Source: Candidatus Zipacnadia bacterium (GTDB lineage Bacteria > Armatimonadota > Zipacnadia > Zipacnadales > UBA5352). Taken from it: a stretch of 64,000 nt of DNA. Below the pieces are notes generated by a model. It worked only from the letters and a program-made list of their open reading frames with translations, had not been told where the DNA came from and searched no databases. Numbering within the stretch: position 1 is the stretch's first letter; the number at the start of each line of letters is the position of its first letter. The position numbers were made by a program, and so were the translations under genes. Positions 35,932 to 46,155 of this stretch are shown one piece after another. The stretch lies in NCBI GenBank assembly GCA_029820045.1, contig JALGVE010000002.1, forward strand, positions 3,538 through 67,537, given 5' to 3'.

Positions 35932-37512
35932 TTAGCTGCTGTTTGCTGTCCGTAGCTGTCGTTTGAGCACCTTGCCCGTGGCCGAGCGCGGCAGCTCTTC
36001 TATGAACTCCACCGCCCGCGGCACCTTGTAGTGAGCCAGATGCGGCGTGCAATGCTCGATGACCCTTTCCGCACTGCCCGTCTCTCCCTCATGCAGCTCC
36101 ACGAAGACCTTGACCCTCTCGCCGTGCAGCGGGGAGCGGACGCCCACTACCGCGCAGTCCCTGATCTCCGGTAATCCGTGCACAACATCCTCCACCTCGC
36201 GCGGATAGACATTCAGGCCCCCAACGATGATCATGTCCTTCTTCCGGTCCACGATGTATAAGTGCCCCTCCTCGTCCACTCGCCCCAGGTCTCCCGTCAG
36301 CAGCCATCCCCCGCGTAGGGCCTCGGCCGTCTGGTCCGCGTCCCGCCAGTAAGCGCTCATCACGTTCCGCCCACGCACACAGACCTCGCCGATCTCGCCC
36401 GTGGGCAGCGCACGCCCCTTATCATCCTGGATCTCTACCTCGACACCCGGCAGCGGCGGGCCCACGCTTCCTACTTTTCGCCTTTCTCGGCTTCGGTTCA
36501 CGCTCACCACAGGCGAGGCCTCGGTCGGCCCGTAGCCCTCCAGCAGCGTAGCGCCGTAGCGGTCCTCGAAGGCGCGCAGGACCGGGTCGGGGAGAGGCGC
36601 CCCCCCAGAGATGCACAGTCGCAGGCTTGACAGGTCGAAGCTGCGCTCCGTCTTGAGGCCCGCGAGCACCGCGAACATCGAGGGCACTCCCGGGTAGATG
36701 GTCGCGCCCTCGCGCTCTATCGCCTCCAGGACTGACAGCGCCTCAAAGCGCGGCAGCAGGACGCTGGTTGCTCCAGTCAGCAGGGGGACTACCATGCACA
36801 CCGTCGCGCCGAACGAGTGGAACAGCGGGAGCACGGTGAGGAACACGTCGTCCTCTGTCATCTGTACCGCTTCAACCGCCGCCAGCGCGTTAGAGATGAG
36901 GTTGCAGTGCGAGAGTTGCGCTCCCTTCGGGCGACCGGTGGTGCCAGAGGTGTACATGAGTGCGGCAGGGTCGTCGTCGCCGCCGCCCGGCTCCGGCAGG
37001 CCCTCGGGCTCGGCGGCCGCGAGCGCGGAGAAGTCCACGGCGCCCTCGGGGAGCTGCTCGCCGCTGACGATCAGATGCTCGACAGACGCAGCCCGGGCGG
37101 CCGCCGCCAGCGGCGCCGTCTGCTCCAGCGCGACCACTGCCCGGGCTTCAGCATCCTGGACGATGTAGCCGGCCTCGTCGGGCGTCAGCAGGGGGTTCAG
37201 CGGCACGGCGGTCGCACCCAGCCAGAGGGTCGCGAGGTAGCTGATGACGAATTGCGGGCAGTTGGGTAGGATGAGCGCCACGCGGTCTCCCGGCTGCACC
37301 CCAACCTGGCCCAGCCCGGCCGCGACCCTCTCCACCAGCGCTGCCAGTTCCGCGTAGCTCAGGCGGCTCTCGCCTGCAATAAGTGCTAGTTGTTCGGCTC
37401 GCCGCTGCGCGCTCTCACGCAGCGCAAGGGCCAGGGAATCCACGGAAACCACCAACTGCTGCCTTCGCGCACGCGGGGGCAGATAGGGAACGTGGCAGCA
37501 GAATACACTCAT
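35932..37512 (-). CDS. Long-chain fatty-acid-CoA ligase (ANL adenylating enzyme)
   Basis: 'YTSGTTGRPKG', 'EGYGPTE', 'TGDLG', 'DRKKDMI', 'PRSATGK'; start may be about 20 codons downstream. Confidence 0.92.
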   Translation of the reverse strand: MSVFCCHVPYLPPRARRQQLVVSVDSLALALRESAQRRAEQLALIAGESRLSYAELAALVERVAAGLGQVGVQPGDRVALILPNCPQFVISYLATLWLGATAVPLNPLLTPDEAGYIVQDAEARAVVALEQTAPLAAAARAASVEHLIVSGEQLPEGAVDFSALAAAEPEGLPEPGGGDDDPAALMYTSGTTGRPKGAQLSHCNLISNALAAVEAVQMTEDDVFLTVLPLFHSFGATVCMVVPLLTGATSVLLPRFEALSVLEAIEREGATIYPGVPSMFAVLAGLKTERSFDLSSLRLCISGGAPLPDPVLRAFEDRYGATLLEGYGPTEASPVVSVNRSRERRKVGSVGPPLPGVEVEIQDDKGRALPTGEIGEVCVRGRNVMSAYWRDADQTAEALRGGWLLTGDLGRVDEEGHLYIVDRKKDMIIVGGLNVYPREVEDVVHGLPEIRDCAVVGVRSPLHGERVKVFVELHEGETGSAERVIEHCTPHLAHYKVPRAVEFIEELPRSATGKVLKRQLRTANSS

Positions 37513-37546
37513 ACCCCGATGTGGTCAAGGCGGACGAGCAGCGCGG

Positions 37547-37765
37547 CAGGAGCATCGTTTCTAGCCCTGCCGCTCGTCGCCCTCGGCGGGGTGGCGCGCC
37601 GATCGCGCCTCGGCGGGACCGCGGGCGCCGCTGTCGTATGTAGGGCGCGCACCTGTGGCACGCCCCAGGCGGGCGGGGCACCCCCCTTCGCCAAGGCTAC
37701 GGGGGACAAACAGGTCCCCGCCCTACACCACAGCCCGAGCCTGCCTCGCAAAACCGATGCTCCTG
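37547..37765. mobile_element. MITE-like element, copy 2 (219 bp, inverted relative to copy 1)
   Basis: TIRs CAGGAGCATCGTTT...AAAACCGATGCTCCTG; flanks agCAGCGCGG/ccCAGCGCGG (imperfect 10-bp duplication); interior is the reverse complement of 499-715. Confidence 0.85.
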
Positions 37766-37783
37766 CCCAGCGCGGGTGCACGG

Positions 37784-37812
37784 TTGACTAACGGCAGGGG
37801 CTGTGCTAAGGT
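37784..37812 (+). promoter_or_regulatory. Sigma70-type promoter
   Basis: TTGACT-N17-TAAGGT with an extended TG, upstream of the DUF151 gene. Confidence 0.55.
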
Positions 37813-37944
37813 AACCATCAGAGTAGCTACCACCCCATGACGGCCACGACAGGGCGCTGTGGGGCTTGTCAGAGGGCCGCCAGCAGGTCGCCGGCCTGGA
37901 CGAGGCGCCTGTGGCGGCGCGGGGCGTGGGAGAGGCGTATCATC

Positions 37945-38433
37945 ATGGTAGAGATGTCAGTGCAAAGGGTCGCAATAGACACAAACCGCCATACCCTGGT
38001 GATCCTGGCCGATAGGGAGGGGAGCCGTCTGCTGCCAATATGGATAGGTCCGTACGAGGCGCAGTCCATCGCCATGGCGCTACGCAATGAGGACTTCGAG
38101 CGACCGCTCACGCATGATTTGCTCCTGTCGGTCATAGATGCCTTCGGCTACGAGTTGCAACGCGTCGACGTGACCAGGCTCGAGGAGCACACCTTCTACG
38201 GCCTGCTGGGCCTAGCGCGCGGCGATGACTTCATACAGATTGACACGCGGCCCTCGGATGCCATCGCCTTGGCCCTGCGGGCCGACGCGAAGATATTTGT
38301 GGCCGAGGAAGTCCTGGAACAGGCTTCGATAGCTGACGAAGACACCGAGCAGGCGCAGGTGGACATCGAGAAGTTCAAGGACTTGCTCCATCAGGCGCAT
38401 CTGGACGAGGAACTCCAGGACCCCGACGAGTAG
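37945..38433 (+). CDS. Bifunctional nuclease family (DUF151) protein
   Basis: 'LPIWIGPYEAQSIA', 'RPLTHDL', 'IDTRPSDAIALALR'. Confidence 0.92.
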   Translation: MVEMSVQRVAIDTNRHTLVILADREGSRLLPIWIGPYEAQSIAMALRNEDFERPLTHDLLLSVIDAFGYELQRVDVTRLEEHTFYGLLGLARGDDFIQIDTRPSDAIALALRADAKIFVAEEVLEQASIADEDTEQAQVDIEKFKDLLHQAHLDEELQDPDE

Positions 38434-38582
38434 CCTTCTGTCGCGTCGCGCACAGGTCGGAGTGACGTCCAACCCGACCGACGCCACCGGGAGAGGTCCG
38501 GTGGCGGTCTCCCTGCCGCGGCATTCTCCTCGGCCGTGAGACGCATTGGTCATACTGCCCCTTACGAAGCGGAGGCCTGCAC

Positions 38583-41516
38583 TTGTCTGGCTCAAATCGG
38601 TGGGTATGGTACGTCTTCGGCATACTGTTCGTCGGTGTGCTTGTGCTTAAGTCTCTGGCCCTGTACACCGACTACCTGTGGTTCGGATCAGTGGCGCAGG
38701 GCGCGGTCTTCACCACTATACTCTGGACCAAGGTCAAGCTGGGCGCGGTGGTGGCGGTCGTGTTCTTCGCCTGGCTGTTCGCCAACATCCGCGTGGCGCG
38801 ACTCCCCCTGCCGGGTGATATTACCTTCATTGGCCGCCGGTTGCTGCCTGATGAGGAACGCGAGCAGATCGAGGAGTACGCGGACCGCGCCCTGGTGCTC
38901 TTCGCGGTCGTCGGCGCGCTCATGGCCGGTGTGGTCGCCAGTGGCCAATGGCATAGTTGGCTTCAGTACAAGAACGCGGTGCCCTTCCATGAGACTGATG
39001 CCATCTTCCACAAGGACCTCGGCTTCTATGTCTTCAAGCTGAGATTCCTCGAGTGGCTCTGGCGCTCAGTCTACTACGGGGTCATTGCGACCTTCGTGGT
39101 GAGTGTGCTCATCCACCTCTACCAGGAGGCCATCCGCATCGTCGGCAACACGGTCCACGCCATCTCACGCGCGCGCTGGCACTGTATGAGTCTGCTCGCG
39201 CTGGCGCTGTTCATCAAGATCTTCGGCTACCGGCTGGACCAGTTGAACCTGCTGTTCGCGAATCGCGCTGGGGTGTTCAGCGGTGGGCCTGGTTTCGCGG
39301 ATATCCACGCGCGGCTGCCGGTGCTATGGATACTGATGGTCGCGGCGGCGGTGACGGGCATCATCGTGCTCGCCAGCGTCAACAGCCATCGGTTCAAGCT
39401 GCCGGGCTACGCGGTGGCGATACTGCTCGTTGTCTCGTTCCTGGGCGGCAGCGCCTATCCTGCGCTGGTGCAGAAGCTGGTGGTAGTGCCGAACCAGCTC
39501 GACAAGGAACGCACGTACATGGAGCACAACATTTTGGCGACCAACAAGGCCTATGGGCTTAGCCACGCAGATGAGGTCAACTTCAAGGTGGTTAACAATC
39601 TCCAGGCCGAGCACATCCGAGCCAACTGGGCCACCATCGAGAACATCCGCCTGTGGGACCACCGCCCGCTGCAGCAGACGAACAACCAGAAGCAGGCTAT
39701 CAGGATGTACTACAACTTCCCGGATGTTGACGTGGACCGCTACATGATTGACGGCCGCCTACGTCAAGTGATGCTGTCCACACGGCAGATCAACGCGTCG
39801 AAGCTTCCCGTGCAGAACTGGGTAAGTACGCACCTCAAGTACACGCATGGCTACGGCCTGTGCATGTCGCCGGTCAACGAGATCGGCGAAGAGGGGCTGC
39901 CGAACTACTGGATAAAGAACATCCCACCGGTCACCCAGCACGGGCTGAAGGTGACGCGCCCGGCGATCTACTACGGGGCAAGTGTGCATCCCAGGCTCAT
40001 CGAGCACATTCAGCAGCCCGAGGAGCCCCTCGGTCTCACCGAGCCCCAGCCGGCAGCCGAGGAGCCGCCGGAGGGCCCTGGAGGAGGCCAGCCACGTAGC
40101 GGCCCCAGCCAGCCCCGCAGAGGGGTGGGCGGTGGGCCGGAAGACATTACCAGCCAGAGGTACGTCATCGTCAGCACGGAGGAGCCGGAACTCGATTACC
40201 CCCGCACTGAGGCAGTGGGGGCGGTGACGGGCGACAACGTCTACACCCATTACAAGGGCCATGGGGGCGTGAAGGTCAACAGCTTCCTGAGGCGGGTGGC
40301 GTTCTTTGCGCGCTTCTTCCCCGACCTGCAGATACTTTTCACCACCGGGATTACGGACAATAGCCGCATCCAGATCAACCGCACCCTGCCTGAGCGCATG
40401 CAGGCGCTCGCGCCCTTCCTGATGTACGATCCCGACCCGTACCTGGTGGTGAACGATGATGGAACCCTGAAGTGGGTCGTGGACGCGTACACGATCTCGG
40501 GCCGGTATCCGTACTCGCGGGCGGTGCCGCGCCTGGGCAACTACATCCGCAACTCCGTGAAGGTCATCTGCGACGCCTACGAGGGGATGCCCGAGTATTA
40601 CGTCATTGACCCGACCGATCCACTGGTGCAGTGCTATCAGAAGATCTTCCCGACGCTCTTCAAGCCCATCAATGAGATGTCGCAGCACTTGCGCCGACAC
40701 CTGCGGTATCCCCAGCTACTGTTCATGCTCCAGGTGGGCATCTACTGCGACTATCACATGAAGGACCCGCAAATCTTCTTCCAAGGCGAGGATCGCTGGG
40801 CGATACCGCCCGAGATCTACTCGCATGGGCGACGGCCGGTAGAGGCGTACTACGTAGTGATGGAGCTGGTCGAGGGCAAGGGCCCGGAGTTCGTGCTGAT
40901 GATGCCGCTGGTGCTCTACGGTCGTGAGGAGCGCAACATGGTGGCCTGGATGGCGGCGCGCTGTGACGAGCCGCACTACGGCGAACTGATTGTCTACGAC
41001 TTCCCCAAGGGGCAGTTGATATACGGCCCGTGGATGGTCGAGTCACGCATCAGCCAGGACCCGGAGATATCGCAGCTCATCACCCTCTGGGGACAGAAAG
41101 GCTCGAACGTCATTCGGGGTAATCTGCTGGTCATACCACTGGAGCATTCCCTGCTCTACGTCGAGCCGCTCTACATTGAGGCAGAGGAGAGCGGGCTGCC
41201 CGAGCTCAAGCGTGTAATACTCGTCTACGGCAACCAGGTAGCCCTCGGGGTGGACCTCGAAGACGCTCTGCAGGAGATATTCGGCGCGGTCGGGGGCGCA
41301 AAGCAGCCATCCAAGGCCCCGCAGGTGGCGCCTGCACCCGGTGTTGAGCAGGTGTCAGGCACGCAGCTTGAGAGGCTAAGAGGACTTATTGAGCATGTGT
41401 TGGACCTCGACAAGCAGGCGCAGGAGGCGCAGCAGAAGGGGGACTTCCAGACATACTTGGAGAAACACAAGGAGCAGTCCGCTGCCCTCCAGAAGTTGAA
41501 GGGCGAACTCAAGTAG
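38583..41516 (+). CDS. UPF0182 family membrane protein
   Basis: 'YTDYLWF', 'DLGFYVF', 'NIRLWD', 'DVDRY', 'YTHGYG', 'NYIRNSVK', 'HLRYP', 'GNLLVIP', 'YVEPLY', 'PELKRVI'. Confidence 0.92.
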   Translation: MSGSNRWVWYVFGILFVGVLVLKSLALYTDYLWFGSVAQGAVFTTILWTKVKLGAVVAVVFFAWLFANIRVARLPLPGDITFIGRRLLPDEEREQIEEYADRALVLFAVVGALMAGVVASGQWHSWLQYKNAVPFHETDAIFHKDLGFYVFKLRFLEWLWRSVYYGVIATFVVSVLIHLYQEAIRIVGNTVHAISRARWHCMSLLALALFIKIFGYRLDQLNLLFANRAGVFSGGPGFADIHARLPVLWILMVAAAVTGIIVLASVNSHRFKLPGYAVAILLVVSFLGGSAYPALVQKLVVVPNQLDKERTYMEHNILATNKAYGLSHADEVNFKVVNNLQAEHIRANWATIENIRLWDHRPLQQTNNQKQAIRMYYNFPDVDVDRYMIDGRLRQVMLSTRQINASKLPVQNWVSTHLKYTHGYGLCMSPVNEIGEEGLPNYWIKNIPPVTQHGLKVTRPAIYYGASVHPRLIEHIQQPEEPLGLTEPQPAAEEPPEGPGGGQPRSGPSQPRRGVGGGPEDITSQRYVIVSTEEPELDYPRTEAVGAVTGDNVYTHYKGHGGVKVNSFLRRVAFFARFFPDLQILFTTGITDNSRIQINRTLPERMQALAPFLMYDPDPYLVVNDDGTLKWVVDAYTISGRYPYSRAVPRLGNYIRNSVKVICDAYEGMPEYYVIDPTDPLVQCYQKIFPTLFKPINEMSQHLRRHLRYPQLLFMLQVGIYCDYHMKDPQIFFQGEDRWAIPPEIYSHGRRPVEAYYVVMELVEGKGPEFVLMMPLVLYGREERNMVAWMAARCDEPHYGELIVYDFPKGQLIYGPWMVESRISQDPEISQLITLWGQKGSNVIRGNLLVIPLEHSLLYVEPLYIEAEESGLPELKRVILVYGNQVALGVDLEDALQEIFGAVGGAKQPSKAPQVAPAPGVEQVSGTQLERLRGLIEHVLDLDKQAQEAQQKGDFQTYLEKHKEQSAALQKLKGELK

Positions 41517-41537
41517 GGACAGGAGACGAGGCCGGCC

Positions 41538-43016
41538 ATGCCTGGGGCGACCGGGGAGTTGCCGGAGGTTGTCGTCAAGGCGACGACACCGGCTGTCGAG
41601 CAACTCAACGTAGTAGCGGATAGCACAGTCGGTTGCGGAGAAGGCTTCCAGGTCATCGTCGAGGCGCAAAACAAGTGGGGATTCACCGCGACCGGCCCGA
41701 TCGGGTCGGTCGCGCTGGTTCTAACCAACGAGAACAAGCACAGCAACCTGAGCGAAGTTGAGTTGAGCGAAGGCGTGGGTCGGACCGAGGTCAAGGCTCC
41801 CGCAGCCGGCCTCTATCGCGTCGAGGCGCAAACCGCCGACGGTTTGAGGGCCATCAGCGATCCCATCGAGGTGAGCGACGAGACTGACGCTCCTCGACTG
41901 CTGTGGGGAGACATCCACGCACACATCCGCGAGCGCCGCGCGCAGGCCCTCATCAGCGAAGCGGACCGGCTGATGGGTCCTGCTACGCTCGAAGAGGCGT
42001 ACCGCTTTGCGCGTGAGGTGGCCGGCCTGCACTTCTGCGCCATCACCGATCACGACGTGAACCTCACCGATCACGAGTGGGAGCAGACCATCGAGGCGGC
42101 GAATGACTTCAACGAGCCGGGCCGCTTCGTAGCCTTCCCCGGCTACGAGTGGGGCTACTCTGCTGGGTTTGCCATGAACTTCGGGCATCGTAACGTCATC
42201 TACCGCGGCCGCGGCGGCACGCCCATCTTCCGGTGCTGCGAGGAGCGCACTGCTAGCTCCCACGGCCTCCATGAGGCGCTCCGCGACACCGTGCCCATCG
42301 AGGATATGCTGGTTATTCCGCACCACACGGCGCGCGGCGGCGGGCAGACCTGGCAGAACTGGGACTACTATGACCCCGACCTCGAGCGGCTGTGCGAGGT
42401 CTACTCCATCTGGGGCAGCTCCGAGAAGATGGGCGAACCTTACCCGATCAACTACCTGCCCAGCGGCGGGTACTTCGGCACTGCCGAGGCCGCCGGCCAT
42501 CACCTGCAGGACGGCCTTGCGCGTGGCTATCACTTCGGCTTCGTGGCAGGCTCGGAGTCCCACGACGGCCGCCCCAGCCGCTCGCTGATACATGGCCGAG
42601 AGTTCGTCCAGGAGAGCAAGGTCCTCTGGCCGCCGGGTATCGCCGCGGTGTGGGCGGACGATCTCTCTCGCGACGGCGTCTTCGACGCCCTGCGCGGGCG
42701 CCGATGCTACGGTACGACAGGCGCGCGCATCATCGTGCGCTTCTTCCTCGGCGACGAGCCGATGGGCAGCGAGGTCACGTGGCCTGATCCGAAGGCACCG
42801 CGCGTCATCCGCGCCGAGGTCATCGGCGCCGCGCCCATCGCCTCATGCGTGATAGTCAAGAACAACGAGGATGTCTTCGAGACCTCCTCGGGCGCCCAGC
42901 GGCTGAGCTTGGAGCACGTGGACAAAGCCGCCGTGCGTCCGGGGGATTTCTACTACCTGCGAGTGACTCAGGCCGACGGACAGATGGCCTGGGCATCGCC
43001 CATCTTCCTGGTGTGA
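41538..43016 (+). CDS. PHP-like metallohydrolase (DUF3604 / CehA-McbA-like)
   Basis: 'WGDIHAH', 'ITDHD', 'GYEW', 'GHRNV', 'IPHH', 'AGSESHDGRP', 'YGTTGARI', 'YYLRVTQ'. Confidence 0.8.
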   Translation: MPGATGELPEVVVKATTPAVEQLNVVADSTVGCGEGFQVIVEAQNKWGFTATGPIGSVALVLTNENKHSNLSEVELSEGVGRTEVKAPAAGLYRVEAQTADGLRAISDPIEVSDETDAPRLLWGDIHAHIRERRAQALISEADRLMGPATLEEAYRFAREVAGLHFCAITDHDVNLTDHEWEQTIEAANDFNEPGRFVAFPGYEWGYSAGFAMNFGHRNVIYRGRGGTPIFRCCEERTASSHGLHEALRDTVPIEDMLVIPHHTARGGGQTWQNWDYYDPDLERLCEVYSIWGSSEKMGEPYPINYLPSGGYFGTAEAAGHHLQDGLARGYHFGFVAGSESHDGRPSRSLIHGREFVQESKVLWPPGIAAVWADDLSRDGVFDALRGRRCYGTTGARIIVRFFLGDEPMGSEVTWPDPKAPRVIRAEVIGAAPIASCVIVKNNEDVFETSSGAQRLSLEHVDKAAVRPGDFYYLRVTQADGQMAWASPIFLV

Positions 43017-43702
43017 ACCCGATCGTGCCAGTACTCAAGCTGGACGTAATCCAGGCCGTAGTGTTCGACTTCGATGGCACTCTGGCCGAGACCAACATTG
43101 ACTTCGGCCTCATGCGCGAGAGGGTCATCGAGGTCGCGACGCGCTGGAACGCCTATCGCGAGAGCGAGCAGCGAAGGTACATCCTCGAAGTCGTGGCCGA
43201 CGCCCGTGAGATGCTGGCCGACGAGAGCAGCCGTGAGGCCTTCACGCGCGAGGCCGAGCAGGTTATGCAGGAGGTGGAGCTGCAGACCTGCGCCACGGCC
43301 GAGCCCTTCGAGGGCGTGCCGGAGGCGCTGAGGCGCCTGCGGGAGCACGGCTTCCGCGTCGGGATTATCACGCGGAACTGCGCCGCGGGCGTCCGCGCGG
43401 TCATGGCGCGCCATCACCTCCCGCATGAGGTGCTGCTCACGCGCGACGATGTCAGGAAGGTCAAACCTGCGCCGGATCACCTCCAGGCGGCGTTGGCGGC
43501 CCTTGCTGTGCCGCCGGAGCGGGCCCTCATGGTCGGTGATCATCCGACGGACATCGAGTGCGGGCGGGCGGCGGGTACCTTTACTGCCGGCGTGCTGACT
43601 GCGAAGACCACGCGCGAGGAGTTCGAGAAGGCGGGCAGCGACCTCGTGGCGGAATCCGTGCCGGCGCTGGCGGCGATGTTGTGCGACGATAGTCCGCCGT
43701 AG
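43013..43702 (+). CDS. HAD-superfamily hydrolase (phosphoglycolate-phosphatase-like)
   Basis: 'FDFDGTL', 'ITRN', 'KPAP', 'VGDHPTD'; GTG overlaps the upstream stop. Confidence 0.9.
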   Translation: MNPIVPVLKLDVIQAVVFDFDGTLAETNIDFGLMRERVIEVATRWNAYRESEQRRYILEVVADAREMLADESSREAFTREAEQVMQEVELQTCATAEPFEGVPEALRRLREHGFRVGIITRNCAAGVRAVMARHHLPHEVLLTRDDVRKVKPAPDHLQAALAALAVPPERALMVGDHPTDIECGRAAGTFTAGVLTAKTTREEFEKAGSDLVAESVPALAAMLCDDSPP

Positions 43703-43726
43703 TCCCGCAACGCGGGACGAAGGCGG

Positions 43727-44767
43727 ATGGGCTGGAGGGACCGCAAACTGAAGCCGGAGTTACCGGTGGGCAAGCTGGACCTTGAACTCATGTCCGAGCT
43801 GCTGGGCTCAGTGGCATCGCCGGACGCCTCCATCATTGTCGGTCCGGGCGTTGGGCGCGATGTCGCGGTGCTCGATGTCGGGAACCCGGACACGTATCTG
43901 CTGGCCAAGACCGACCCCATCACCTTCGCCACCGACGCCATCGGCTTCTATGCCGTCCACGTGAACGCCAACGACCTCGCCACCAGCGGCGGGCTCCCGC
44001 GCTGGTTCCTTGCCACGCTGCTGCTGCCCGAGGTGGGCACCGACGAAGAACTCACGCGCGGCATCTTTCGTCAGATTCACAGCGCGTGCCGGGCCATCGG
44101 CGTGCTCCTGGTGGGCGGTCATACGGAGGTCACTCACAACCTCGACCGGCCCATTCTGGTGGGGGTGATGCTGGGCGAGGTCCCCAGGGACGGAGTCATC
44201 ACAAGCGCCGGAGCGCAGGTCGGCGACCGCGTGCTGCTCACCAAGGGTGTGGCGGTGGAGGGGACCTCCCTCATCGCGCGGGAGGTGAACGAACAGCTCA
44301 AGGAGCGCGGCTATGATGACGAGTTCCTCGAAGCCGCGCGTGAGCTGCTCTATGACCCAGGCATCAGCGTCCTCAGGGAAGCGCAGATAGCGGTGAACGC
44401 CGGTGAAGTCCACGCGATGCACGATCCGACCGAGGGTGGGGTGGCGACGGGCCTGCATGAGATGGCCCTCGCCAGCGGGGTTGGACTTTCAATAGACTAC
44501 GCGCGCATACCGCTGCTGCCGGCGACGGAGCGCTTCTGCTCCGAGTTCGAGCTGGAGCCGCTGGGCCTGATCGCCTCCGGCTCACTGCTGATCGCCGCGG
44601 AGGCTGACGCCGCTGCGCGTATCGTGGCAGGCTGCCGGGCTGAGGGAATTGCCTGCGCGGACATCGGTGAGGTCACGGCGCAAAAGCAAGGCCTGCGACT
44701 GCTCCGCGATGGCGCGTGGATGGACTTGCCGCGCTACGACCAGGACGAGATAGGGAAGCTGTTCTGA
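43727..44767 (+). CDS. AIR-synthase-related (PurM/HypE-like) ATP-binding protein
   Basis: 'GPGVGRD', 'KTDPITF', 'NANDLA', 'GGHTEVT', 'MHDPTEGG'. Confidence 0.88.
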   Translation: MGWRDRKLKPELPVGKLDLELMSELLGSVASPDASIIVGPGVGRDVAVLDVGNPDTYLLAKTDPITFATDAIGFYAVHVNANDLATSGGLPRWFLATLLLPEVGTDEELTRGIFRQIHSACRAIGVLLVGGHTEVTHNLDRPILVGVMLGEVPRDGVITSAGAQVGDRVLLTKGVAVEGTSLIAREVNEQLKERGYDDEFLEAARELLYDPGISVLREAQIAVNAGEVHAMHDPTEGGVATGLHEMALASGVGLSIDYARIPLLPATERFCSEFELEPLGLIASGSLLIAAEADAAARIVAGCRAEGIACADIGEVTAQKQGLRLLRDGAWMDLPRYDQDEIGKLF

Positions 44768-44902
44768 CGGCCGGCAGTGGGGAATGGGCAATGGGCAATC
44801 GGGAAACGGCGAAGGCGTCGGTGCGAACGCCAGGGATGCCTTGGCGTTCGCTTTGCGGAGCGGCCGGGGCCCGGAGCCTGTCCGATAAGGCTTCGCCCGC
44901 CC

Positions 44903-44949
44903 GGGGACTGTCCCCTTTTTCGCATTGTGTGCGACAAAGGACTGTCCCC
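44903..44949. repeat. GGGACTGTCCCC-type REP-like element
   Basis: GGGGACTGTCCCC TTTTTCGCA..TGCGACAAA GGGACTGTCCCC; compare 9801-9868. Confidence 0.6.
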
Positions 44950-45837
44950 GTGTTGACGGACAGGCGGGGGCGCCTGTCCTACTATTGGGCTGCGCTGCTT
45001 GCGCTGGCCGTCCTCGCGGCGTTTGCGGTCACCGCTCCGGCTCAGCAACAGCGCGAGTCCTCGTCCGGCGAAGCGGGCCAAGGCGCGCGGGAGTTCAAGT
45101 TCGCGGTCTTCGGGGATTCTCGGCCGGCCGGGCAGCAGCCGTACTCGCCGGTGTTGGAGCGCCTGGCCTCTGACATCGGGGAGGTAGGCCCGGACTTCGT
45201 CATCGGCACCGGCGATTACATTGATGGCTCCTCGAACCAACAGCGGCAGCGCTGGGAGTTCAATCAGTTCTTCGCGGCGCTCGCGCCTATGCAGCGCAAG
45301 CAGGCGGTGCCGGTGGCCCTGGCGCCGGGCAATCATGACATCATGGGCCTCCGCGCCAACCAGGACATCTTCCGGGAGCTGTTTCGCGACCTCTACTGGT
45401 CCTTCAACTACGGCGGCTGCCACTTTGTAATCCTGGACACGGAGGAGCCGAACCGGGAGGGGCGCATCGCGGGGAAGCAGCTTCAGTGGCTCAAGCAGGA
45501 CCTGGCGGCCTACAAGGACGCGCGCCTTACCTTCATCGCATTTCACCGGCCCTTGTTCCCGGTGGACGGGCATGTCGGCTCCTCGTGCGATGCCTACCCG
45601 GAGGAGCGGGACGCCCTGCACAGCCTCTTCGTGCAGCAAGGAGTTGACTGCGTCTTCTGCGGCCACGAGCACCTCTACAACCACCAGAAGAAGGATGGCG
45701 TCCACTACTTCATCACGGGTGGCGCTGGCGCGCCGCTCTACGCCAAGCCGGAGCGCGGCGGGGTCTATCATTACCTGCTCGTGGAGGTCTCCGAGACCAG
45801 CTACCGCATCAGTGTGCGCCGGCTGGAGGGGCCCTGA
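44950..45837 (+). CDS. Secreted calcineurin-like metallophosphoesterase
   Basis: Hydrophobic leader; GDSR, GDYI, GNHD, FHRP and GHEH motifs; start approximate. Confidence 0.88.
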   Translation: MLTDRRGRLSYYWAALLALAVLAAFAVTAPAQQQRESSSGEAGQGAREFKFAVFGDSRPAGQQPYSPVLERLASDIGEVGPDFVIGTGDYIDGSSNQQRQRWEFNQFFAALAPMQRKQAVPVALAPGNHDIMGLRANQDIFRELFRDLYWSFNYGGCHFVILDTEEPNREGRIAGKQLQWLKQDLAAYKDARLTFIAFHRPLFPVDGHVGSSCDAYPEERDALHSLFVQQGVDCVFCGHEHLYNHQKKDGVHYFITGGAGAPLYAKPERGGVYHYLLVEVSETSYRISVRRLEGP

Positions 45838-45923
45838 GACCGACGACGGCCGCCGCCGAGGGCAAGCCCTCGGCTGGGGAAAGGAAGATGCACCGGATGG
45901 AGGACTGAGGCGGACGACGGCTG

Positions 45924-46087
45924 CCTCACCCCCTGCCCCCTCTCCCTCGCCCTGAGGCGCTACGGTGCGCCTGTCAAGGAGCGGGCTTGGGAGAGGGGGA
46001 ACGGCGAAAGGACACGACAGGTTGCTGTCGTCGTGAGAGGTGTCCCCTCTCCCAAGCGTCACCGGTAGGAGGCGCGAGGGAGAGGGG
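45924..46087. repeat. CCCTCTCCC...GGGAGAGGG palindromic repeat pair
   Basis: Two hairpins with CCCCTCTCCC and GGGAGAGGGG arms in the intergenic region. Confidence 0.55.
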
Positions 46088-46155
46088 AAAGAGACCGCAA
46101 AGCGGTCTCAGGGGTGAGGCTGCCTCGTGCCGGACAACCGGGAAGGAGAATCACC

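Noticed and set aside
43727..44767. hypE or thiL assignment
   Set aside because: There is no C-terminal PRIC motif of HypE and no hyp or thi context, so it is left as AIRS-related.
44775..44810. Short heptamer-like repeats (GGGAATG/GGCAATG/GGCAATC), similar to 35805-35825
   Set aside because: Only 3-4 degenerate units, too short to support a functional claim.
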